From: Callorhinchus milii
Lineage: Eukaryota
NCBI RefSeq assembly: GCF_018977255.1
Contig: NW_024704742.1
Coordinates: 19,842,001-19,906,000 of the forward strand
Length of the DNA: 64,000 nucleotides
Reading direction: 5' to 3'
The notes beneath the pieces are model-generated. The model ran no database searches. It was not told the origin of the DNA and saw only the letters and a list, made by a program, of their open reading frames with translations. A program made the position numbers and the translations under genes. This document shows positions 37,611 through 48,530 of the stretch, piece by piece (position 1 is the stretch's first letter; every line of letters begins with the position of its first letter).

Positions 37611-39876
37611 GTAAGAATTACTGTTTGTTCAGCAAGCAGGGCGAGTGCTGGTGTGCTTTAGCTGAACGTTACTGTTAGATTTTTGTCAGTTCCTTCTGTA
37701 TACGTGGCTGTCAAACATATATGAGAAGGGTCTGAGATTAATTCAACTATTTTTTTGACAATTGAAACTGTTTGTTGATTCATTGCATTCAAAGTAATGT
37801 TTGTGGAATTATGTTTTTTTAAAGTTTGGTCAGTATTTGTGGCATGGAGTCTGAATACATCTTACCAGTATCTCTATGTTACTTCACTTTTCATAACATT
37901 AATCTAATGTATATAATACTATAGTTCAGTAATGTATTTTCCTGTATATCTATTTATTCACTGTTTTTAAACAACAAGTAAATCATTGCAGTGAAGTGAT
38001 CCACTAGAGTATGTGATACTATTCAGAAACCGCTGAGTACCTGCTGGAATACAATTGAGGTCACAGCACACCTATACCAAAACCTATAAAAGTTTTTGCC
38101 CCTACCAAAAAGAAAGTCTTTTCTATCAATGAAGGGGCAAGGAATTATTCTGCGTATTAGTTGCATAAATTCATGCATAAATTTGAATGCGTTGATCACA
38201 TATGAAATAGAAGCTTTGAATGAACATGTTGTCTATTGTGCATATCTAGGACATTTAACAATTTACAGAGACAATTGCTTTTAGAAGCGGACACTTTTCA
38301 ACTCTTAATTGATGTAACCATTTAAATTCCTAATAAGGAAAATATAATTAAATTAGTTGATCTCATTTCCATGAGAGCATCCAAATCAACGGGCATTGAA
38401 CTGAAATATTAAATTGAAATTATTAAATAGCAAGCAAAAAACATCTTTCTTTGGGTAACCTTAGTACCCATTATAAAAGTCGGCAACGTAAGAATATTTT
38501 GCTGTTGTGTTCGATTCATCTTTGCAGTCCAGGCTGTCTTTCCACTTTCATCTTTATCTTATGCATGTCACCGAGAAGTCATTGTGAACATGTTTTAAAT
38601 TGTTCCATTGAAGATACAATTTTAAAAAAATAGTTTTGCTGAGTATGTGTGTAGAAGGACTTTTTGCATATTCCCTTGATGTAGTTTAGACTTTTATATA
38701 ATGCTAGATATTTTGCCTATCTTTCTAAACTTTGACAAAATAAATTCAGGATTAGGGAAAATGGGCAAAACTGTAAAAAGGATTTACCATCCGATGCCTC
38801 TAGCTTTCTATTCTAAATTCCATCTGCATTGAATCAGGAAGTTTGTGTGAAATTTTAATCTCATCAAGATATCAGTGACTAATTGTAAAAGACTTCTACG
38901 TGCAACCCTGAGAATGCAGGCAACATGAAGTTTATATTGGTGGTGATGAATGCGTTTATATTCCGTAGAGAGGAACAGCATAGCAGTGGGGGTTGGACTG
39001 TTGTGAAATTGGAATGCAGAGGCCCAGGTTGAGGGTAGAATACTTTAAATAAACGTGTAGTTAGCCGGACTGGTAATGAATTTAACGTTATACTTTAATA
39101 CACAAATTGTATGTTTGTGCCTGTATTTAGGCTTTAACTAAGAATTAACTGAAACAATGGTATATGTTTTGAAGGCAAGATTTCTTTAAAAAAAGACAAA
39201 CTGAGCTAACATTCTGTGCCTTAAGAAGAGATTGGAGTATTGACCATACTTTAGCAGAAAATGATTGCTTAAATAGAGTGCTACCCTGATAAACTGACAC
39301 TTTTGTTGACGTATCTTTATGCAGTTTTCTGAAATACATCAGGAGTAATCTTAGAAAAATCTAGTTTGGCATGACTGAAGTGCAGTACAATCAGAGGAAT
39401 ATTTCAGGTATTAGGTGCTTTTTAAAATGCTATGGCTGATCAGCCACAAACGGGAACATTCAATAGATTGCTTTTAAAAATGTTTAATTCTTAGTCATTT
39501 TCCAAAATATGATTATTGTGCCATGACTGTGGCACAGAAAATATTGTGTGGATAGTAAATCCGCAAAACCACCACACATGATTCAAAAACAATTGTCATC
39601 CATGCATGGCATTCCAGCGCATCTCTTAAGCAGAATGTTTTGATGGGCATCCAGGGTTACAAAAGTAGAAATTAATTTTCTTTTCCGAAAATGGGTCATT
39701 CGAATATTTTCTTTATACTTTCTGTTCATTCCCAAAGGGTTAGTATGTAATTAATGAAATACTTGGTGTTCAAAAACATACAATTTGTTGATTTGTATCA
39801 CACTTATCTGGATAAATTACAAAGTGTTTTAACAGTTGCTCTTCCCATTCATAACCACTGCCTTGCAAAGCAATTT

Positions 39877-40050
39877 TGGAGTCCTGTAGCTCAGTGGTTA
39901 GAGCCCTCGCCTTGCAAGCCAGAGACCTGGGTTCAAAACATTGGGCAAGTTTCCTTACTCCACATGCTTAATAATAATCCCTCAAGAAAAAAANTAATAA
40001 ATTGGTCACCTCAATCCATGACTGTTTGTGGGTCACTGCTGTGCGCAATT
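39877..40050 (+). mobile_element. tRNA-derived SINE, 3'-truncated
   Basis: The head GGAGTCCTGTAGCTCAGTGGTTAGAGC runs to GCTGTGCGCAATT and then stops. Confidence 0.85.
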
Positions 40051-42059
40051 GTTATCATAACTTGTCAAAAGCAGATTTTTCCCCGATGCAGAATTAAAAT
40101 AGCAGAAGTGCGGGATCTCAGCTTTGGGGTCCAGATGATCTTTGTAAGCCTTTTTGCTTATGGTTAACGATCTCATCCTTGACTGGATTACATTTGTTGT
40201 ACATTCCCATGGGATGGAAGGGAAAAGTGAGCAAATCTATGAATATGTTTTAAATTGTTCCATTAAAGATACAATATGAATACGTTTTAAATTGTTCCAT
40301 TAAGGATACAGTTTTAAAAAAAATAGTTTTGCTGAGTATGTGTGTAGAAGGACTTTTTGCATATATATTCCCTCAAATTCTAATTTTCGTATTTTGAAGT
40401 ACTGAAACCTTTATTCTGCTTGGAAAAACTGTATGCAAGTGCAAGTTGCTGAATTGAGATTCAAAATTTTGCCAGATTTTCATTTTTGATCTATGATTCA
40501 TAAATTGTAGTAAAATGTCTATTTTTGGAGGAAGGAAGGAGACTAGTGGTCTTACAACAGGGTGTACAGATCTTGTGTTAACCAAGGACAAAATTCTGCT
40601 TTTGGTTAATTTTATACCAATAGAATACTTCTATATAATTGTTAATATAGTGTAAAACTATTAACATTTTAATATTAATTTCATTTTATTTCTGTTTTAA
40701 ATTTATCAGAAATACATTATGAAATTTCTTTGTAGGACAATTTTCATATTTATTTTGCACAACGCAGGTATGGATTATGGGAAACAAATGATAGCCTCTG
40801 ATCTGTGCTATTGATGTTTAAAATGCAGAATATTAGTGTAATGTGTAAGCTCCAGTGAAGGTTCGGTGCACAAAGGAGGTGATGTATTCTGAAAGGACAT
40901 AGAAATTGCTAACGCAGTTTAAAAAAANGTAGTCCGCAGCAGTAAGCATTTTGACTGCAGTGTGATCTGACTTGCTTTGGGCTATAATTAGGTGCGTAAT
41001 TTTTGCAACAAAGTACTTTTGTAAGCACAGCAGCTGACTCCTGCGTGATTGTCAATGGACGTCCTCACAGTGACTGAGACTGGCGTGCCAGAGGACATTT
41101 TGTGTTTTAAACATGCTGTTGAGATATTGACTCATGTCCAAAAAGTACAATATTTGCCACATTAGAAAGAAAGTAGCTGAGAGAAGAGGAAAGTAACTTT
41201 ATAAAATGTCTTGCTTGTTGGGAATTGGAATGTGTTGAGGTAATGCAAAGTCAAAGCTCACTGTGTGCTGTAAGTTGAAAACTTTTATAAGTATGGTTAT
41301 CTAACACACAAAACTAAGATTCCACATTCATGCTTGACCAACGAGATTGTTTGTGCTTGACTAAATTGCTCGACCAAACCACACTTTCTCCCTACAGGCG
41401 GATATTGTGCATTCCATACAGGTAAATTTCTATGGGTTGTGGGGGTGGCAGAGATATGTGAAACTCTGTTTTGAACACAGCTAAGCATGGTGATGTGTTT
41501 CCACACATGTCAGGAACCCGTCTGACCAAAAATAATAGGTTCACTGAATGGTGCAGCCTATACTCCTCGCGATGTCCTGATATAAATGCAATTTATTGCT
41601 GTAGATTTCAGCATTTTGCCGACTCTGGTAGTCATGTCGTCAACATAACATTGTGGTATAAATTAAGCAGTATTACCTCTGAAAACGTTTTGTCACGAGC
41701 TACTAGTTCTGTAGTGAGCAGCACGGTATAACGTGTCTAGCTTGCTGAATCATGGGTATGTAGCTGCAGATTTCTTCAGTCCAGATATGGGTAAGATTTC
41801 ACGTAAGCAAGCAATGCAGAAATTGAAAAAAATCTATCACCAGAAAAAAAAGGCATGCATGACATGCAATTAGATTATTTTTGCTAATATAACAGCCTTG
41901 AGTTCTGTGAAAGGTGCTATAAAAATGAAATTTGTTGTTGGTTTTGCTGTTGCTCTACTTCACAGTAAAAACAAAATCTTGTGAAACACTATGGGATGTC
42001 CTCCTGACGTGAAAGGTGCTTTACCAAATGTAAGGATTATAAACGAGATGGTACTACTA

Positions 42060-42385
42060 CATGCCCATTACTAGGGGCAAGGATTGTTTCCATTCAGCTC
42101 CTATTTAACCCTGCAAGCCAAAGCCATAATGGATAGTAGGCTGGTTCCAGCTGGACAAAATGTGGGAAGCATGCCGGGTGTCAAGCTTTAGCTGGTAGTT
42201 TTAGCTGGTTAAATTCCAGCAGTGCCCAACACACACTCTGGGGTTCTCAAGCCTTGGCTCTGGCCAACTCATGCCTAATATTGTCCAGACAGAGGGAGAT
42301 TTCTATTTCCACGTGGCACATTTGTGTGCAAACCGCCATAGTGACATTTTTCCACATTTGACAGGCACCCAGTTACTAAAGAAGA
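42060..42385 (+). repeat. Unclassified interspersed repeat family copy
   Basis: CATTCAGCTCCTATTTAACCCTGCAAGCCAAAGCCATAATGGATAG matches the family core. Confidence 0.7.
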
Positions 42386-42449
42386 ATGTGAAGAGCCATT
42401 GAATCTAAAAAGAGCATAGAGTTAGTGGCCTCAAATCGACACGCCTATA

Positions 42450-42755
42450 CATTTTGTGCTGCTGCCCAGCCTCTGGGGATGTACATATGTATGCAGATGA
42501 CACTCAACTCTATGATACTACCTCCACCTTAATTCCAGGACACCTGCTGTTCTGACCGATTGCCTGTCAGACATCAAGGCCTGGATGAGAGATAACTTTC
42601 TCCAGTTAAATGTTGACAGGACATAGGCTCTCCTGCTTGGATCCCTTCATCTCCTGCTCACCTTGGGCACTGATGGCATCATTCTTCATGGATGTATACT
42701 CAACATCTTGTTTGACTTCCGACTGTCCTTTAAACCTCACATCCGTAATGTAACC
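42450..42755 (+). mobile_element. L2 RT internal fragment
   Basis: [10 protein letters not shown]...DCLSDIKAWMRDNFLQLN. Confidence 0.8.
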
Positions 42756-43429
42756 TGTTTAGAGGTTATATAAATGTTAAAGAACATTTTTCTAATATAT
42801 TTATAGAATGCAAAAAATCCTATTTGCCTTCATGCTCATGGATTCTCCCAAGAAAAGATTTGCAAAGTTTCTTCTTATCTTCCCAATCGAAAATCAAGCA
42901 CGATCATAAGTGCTATTCGTCAGAGGTTTGAAATTCTGGGAGCCAGATGTTGAAAGAGTTAATTTCAGTTTACAATTGAATTTGCTTTGGCTCAGTTGTG
43001 CTCAGACAGTCAAGGAAAGGTGCACACCGATCACGGTCCAGTATTTGAGAGTCCCTCTGACTTCCCATTTAGTGAGATTAATGAACTCCCATCATCTAGC
43101 AACCACACCATTGGGAGGAGCTACCTAAGGCTGGGGACAGTCTTTACACCTGACCAGTAAACAGGCAAATTGCTGGAATCTGGGCACGCTCCGTTGCCTT
43201 CAGAAGCCACACTCGCTGTCTACATCTCTGTTACCCTGTGTATTACATCAAAAGAACATACCATTTGTCTGTCTCCTGCCCGGTCACCCCGAACAATAAA
43301 AGTTGAAGTGAAAAACATGTAGGTCATGGGGTCAATTTGTCATTATTAAAGTTCAGACCACAATAAGGATTTTCAAAGGCACAATTTTGGCAATGTATCT
43401 AGTGAAAAATATACTAAGCCAATTTACAT

Positions 43430-44863
43430 ATACAGTTTATGCTTATAAAGGGTCTTTTATGTCGGCAGGAGACCCAGAAACGCTTGACTATTCTGGCTGG
43501 ACACCAAAGCTGAGGGTGGTATCTAACGGGTAGGCGGGTGAGGGGGAAAATGACTGTAAGTGCAGTTAAAGGATCATTTTGAGGCTTACCTTGAAAGATG
43601 TGAAGGAGGAGAGTCGAAGGAATCTGGTAATGGATTTTCTGAGAGAGGACGCCAGTGGTGGGGTGGATTGAACGGGGAACTTGGAGTAGGACTGTTGTCG
43701 GTTGAGCGAAGGGTATCGCTAGGTTGGTGAAGGTGATGGAGGTTTTGCAGGTAGGATGAGGCGAGACAATAGAGGGATTTAAAAGCGAGAACACGGATGT
43801 TGAACGTGATCTGCTGGGGGATGAGGAGCCAGGATGGGAGTGACAGGCTCGCAGAGCCAGTCCAGGATTGGACATGGGCTGCAGAGTTCTGAATGTTCTG
43901 TCGCCTGTGCATGGAAGAGTTGGGAAGTCAGTCAAGCAAAGAATAGGCATAATCGAGCCTGGATGTAATACAGCAAAACAACAAAATTACATTTGTATAG
44001 CGCCTTTCACGTCGGGAGAACGTCCCAAGGTGCTGGACTCTCAGTGTTTTGGACCCGAGCTGGGGTTCGGGATCAGGAAGGGTAGAGGGCAGGGGGGGAA
44101 GGAAGGTGACCGAAGGCATACTCGAAGAGGAGGGTCTTGAGACGGGTCTTCAAGGAGGCAAGGGAAGGGGTGAGGCAGGGGGACTGTGGGTTGGAGTTCC
44201 AGAGGGTGGGGGCAGAGTGCAGAAGGTCCGCCTGCCAATGGTGGGATGGGCGAGGCGGGGGATGTGAAGCAGGTCGGAGCCTGTTGAGTGGAGGGAGCGG
44301 GCAGGTTGGTAGGGGGTTAGGTGGTCGCAGAGGTAGGGGGGAGCAAGGCCATAGAGGGCTTTCAAAGTGAGGACCAGGATCTTGAACTGCATCCTCTGTG
44401 TGATGGGAAGTCAGTGGAGTCAGATGAGGATGGAGGTGATAGAGTTGCGGAGCCTGGTGTGGGAGAGGACACGGGCTGCAGAGTTCTGGATGATCTGCCT
44501 ATGGAGGGAAGAGTTGGGGAGGCTGACAAGCAGGGAGTTTGCATAGTCGAGTCTGGATGTTATGAATTTGTGTATGTGGGTCTCGGCAGCCTGCGGTGCG
44601 AGACAGTGGCGGAGCCGAGCAATGTTTCAGAGGTGGGGAAAGGTGGAGCAGGTCATGGAATGGATGTGGGGTATGAAGGACAGTTGAGGGTCCAACAGGA
44701 TGCCGAGGTTCTGTATTAGCTCTGTGAGATGTAGAGTGTATCCATGGCGGGAGATGCTATCAGGTATGGAGGCGCTGACCGGAGCCAAGCAAGAGGGCCT
44801 CAGTCTTGTTGACATTCAGTTGCGGGTTGGCTCTCATCCAGGACTTGATGTCTGACAGGCAAT
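43430..44863 (-). mobile_element. Two adjacent L2 LINE fragments (older 43430-43968, younger 43974-44863)
   Basis: There are two separate 3' tails, with IQNSAA, ITSRLDY, FKILVLTLKALYGLAPPYL and NLGILLDPQLSF motifs. Confidence 0.88.
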
Positions 44864-47831
44864 GTATAATCAAGCCATTGGCACCAAAGCAATTTTAAAC
44901 ATTTTCAAGGAAAGTCTTATTGGTGCCAACTCTTTAAAATCCTCAACATCCATAAATATTAGTTCTTTCCATTGTTCATTAATTTTGAGCAGGTGCTTTG
45001 TGTCTTGATTCTTAGAATAATCCTTAGATAATAATAAAAATCCTTGCATTTGATATATTGCCTTATTGTGTCATTCAGACATCTCCAAGCACTTCACAAG
45101 ATATACAGTAAAGTGGTGAAAAGCTGTAGCTAATTGCTTACAGCAATGCCCCACAAACAGCCAGAGAGTATAATATTCTGATATGCAGTAATAAACTATT
45201 ATGATATAATGCCTTTCACGTCAGGGGGACATCAATGCTTCACAGGATTTACTATAAAGTGTAGTGACTGTATTTATAGGCTACTGCGGGAAGAAACCTG
45301 TCCATAACAATGTTCCACAACCAGTCCATTTGAATGACTGCACCTCAAACAAAGCAATGCTCTTGCAGCTCTACACTGGGCTGTCAGCCTGGGCGATGAG
45401 ATCAAAGTCTTAACATGGGGCTTGAACCCACAATCTCCTGACTCAGAGGCAAGAGTACTGATTCCTGATCACAGTATAAGATGCACGATTCCAAATGGAC
45501 TAAATTGTTGCATGGTTATTTAGGGGACAATTGATTAGATTTGGTAATTTCTACAAATATAACTGTAATGGATATTAGGGAGAAAATATGAATGGAAGAG
45601 ACAAAGCTTAAATTGATCTAAATAGAAGGATTATCACTGCCCACATTGTTGTTTCTTTTTCGTACATATTGTTAAATTTTTTTTGTAAATTATTCTGGGT
45701 CAGTTATTTTTGTGCTGGCAACGGCTGTCAGAATTGACGCCAGCTGTCAGTATACGCTATGTCCTTGATGTGTAATGAAGCTCACATGGATGATCAATGA
45801 TGTTGGAGTCATTGATGCAGGTTTCTTGTTGCTTCGTTGGGAAGAGAGGATGTGGAGGTCCATTTGCAAACTGGCAAATGTAAAATTGTTGAAAATCAAA
45901 GTGTAGTTGTCAACTTGTGCTGACTTTCAGGTTTGTCTGCAAGTATTTTACTTTAATTCTGATGCATACATATTTCTAATGTGTACTAAAGTGAACTTTG
46001 AGCAGGTGAAAGAGAATGAACAGATATGAAGAGTGTCTAAGCGTGAGAGCAATTCTAACAATACTCATGTCATTCCAATCTAAATTTAAAACCAAGTTTC
46101 TGAAGCTAAATTTGATCCTCTGCCTTCTTGTCAATGATGCAGCAAGCTAGTGCATCAGAGGCATTCAAATGTAGATACAAGACGACCCCATTATAAGATG
46201 TCTCACGAGACCTCAAGTTTCCTTATAATGTGGGTCTCCTGTGGGTCCATGGTGACTGGATACACAAAAAAAACACTTAATCAGCCTAGGAGTAACATCA
46301 GCAACAGTCTTGTGACCCAGAAGTGGAACCAGCGACCATTTTGTTTCGGACATGTTAGTTAGGTCGCAAGTCTAATTTTAACGACTCAAGACACAAATGC
46401 TTACCGACCTCAGAATGCAGATTGGGTGTCAGTGCAACTCAGTTGGTAGCATTCTCATTTCTGAATTTGAAGGTTTGGATAAAAACCCCATGTCTGGTAT
46501 CGGTGTAGACTTTGAACTCATAGCTGATCATAAAATATGTTAAAATTAATTTGGAAGCCCATGACCATTTTGATGTCTCTGAAGTTGAATATCTTTTTTG
46601 CAGAATATCGGTTGTGCAGCTTATCAGGATGTTTTCATTTGTTATATTGTTAATGCTGCATTTCCATTTGTAGTTCTTGAATAGAGAAACCTAATGAAAC
46701 CTCTAAGTGCAGTGGACATTCGAAGCACCACAGTGCAGATTAGATGCATGTCTGAGAATTTGAATCTTTTCAACCTCAATTTTTCCTAAGGATGATAAAA
46801 ATGTTTGCTGTTATATGTATGTAAAGCATGAAAGCAATACTCCTCTTTTGCTTTCCACAAATTAATAGTGAGACTTAAACAAAGAAAACACAAAAAAGCT
46901 ATGTTCTTGAGATACTTGCAGGATATGAGCTGTTCAGATCCTATCGGGTTATTTTTAGGGCACCGAAAAGTATTTCTGTTAACCAGAATATTTATTTTGA
47001 CTGCATTGTGTTATGTAGTTAATTATTAAATAATATTGCTAAAATATGATTGCATTTTCAACTTACCTATTTCAGTTCTTGCAACAATCTGAACAGCAAT
47101 ACAAATTTTGATCGCAAAATCCTACTACTTTACACTAACGAAAGGAATGGTTCTTGTCCTAATTAAGGCTTCTGAAATTGAAGTTGAATTTCATTGAAGA
47201 ATTGACGGATGAGAGTACTGGAGCAAAGAACTGGGTCATGGTGAAACGTTTGATTACTTGCTCATCTACTACTTGTTTTAAAACTACTGAACAATAGCAC
47301 TTTGAAATGGGTATTAATTCAGAATTGTACATATGTACCTCCGAATTAAAAAAAAAATCAGTAATTCTATTAGAGTGTCATCTTATGTGGGGTCAGGGGA
47401 GGAAGAGTTGAAGGATAAAGGCAAGATTTACTTTAAACCGAAACCCATAATAATTATAGGTCAGTTGTGTGTGTTGAGCTGCGAAACAGTGATGCTCCTA
47501 AGATGGAATCACTACATCAGTTGTATTTCTTGTTTTTGTTGTATATTCATACGAGTTTCTCTTTCAGATGTAATGAGATAATTCTGGACAAAACATTCCA
47601 CTACTTTACTGCAGCAGTAAGCAGAATTACATAGGAAAATAAACACTGCTGCATTGTACCCTCTCCATACCACTGCAAATTCTATAATCCCCTATGAACA
47701 TAGAACCATTTTGTGGGTAATCAGTCATAGGTTGATCAGACTTCAGCTGTGTTTTCAGTTCCACCAGGAAAGCTCAGTTGGACTTGAATAGATGACCTTT
47801 GAGCTGGAGGGCAACATTGTGTGTGTCAGTA

Positions 47832-48530
47832 CACCGAGGATACAGTTTAAGATCCTGGTCCTCACCTTCAAAGCCCTCCATGGTCTTGCTCCCCTCTATC
47901 TCTCTGCCCTCCTAACCCCCTACCATCCTGTTCGCTCCCCCTACTCAGCGGGCTCTGACCTGCTTCACGTCCCCCGCCTTGCTCGCCCCACTATCGGCGG
48001 GCGGGCCTTACGCCATTATGCACCCACCCTCTGGAACTCCATCCCTCAGTCGCTCCGGCTCGCCACCTTCAAGACCTACCTTAAGACCCTCCCTCTTCAA
48101 CCGTGCTTTTGATCTCCCTGCTTCCTTCCCCACCCCGACCCTCAGCTTGGGTACGTAACTCTGACTGTCCAGCGCCTTGGGACTTCCTCCTGACGTGAAA
48201 GGCGCTATACAAATGTAATTTTGTGGCTGTTGTTGTGTCCGTTTAATGTTTTATTTTCTAACCTTGTTATACAGATTATATAACAGATTTTCAGCCATTC
48301 TGCCCTCGCTCTGTGGATCTGTATCCTGGAGTGCCTTTCACTTGGTCCCTCCCTCCCCCAGTTCAAGGCCTGTCTCAAAGCTTACCTCTTTGACTGTGCT
48401 TTTGGTCATCTTTTCTCTCCCTACCCCCTTGGCTCCCACCCTTAGCTTTGGTGCCTAGTCAGCAGTGTCAAGTGCTTTATGATATCCTCAATGTGAAAGG
48501 CTCTATGTAAATGGAAATTGTATTTGTTGT
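47832..48530 (+). mobile_element. Two L2 3' fragments (47832-48237 and ~48285-48530)
   Basis: RIQFKILVLTFKALHGLAP...YAPTLWNSIP and two tails. Confidence 0.85.
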
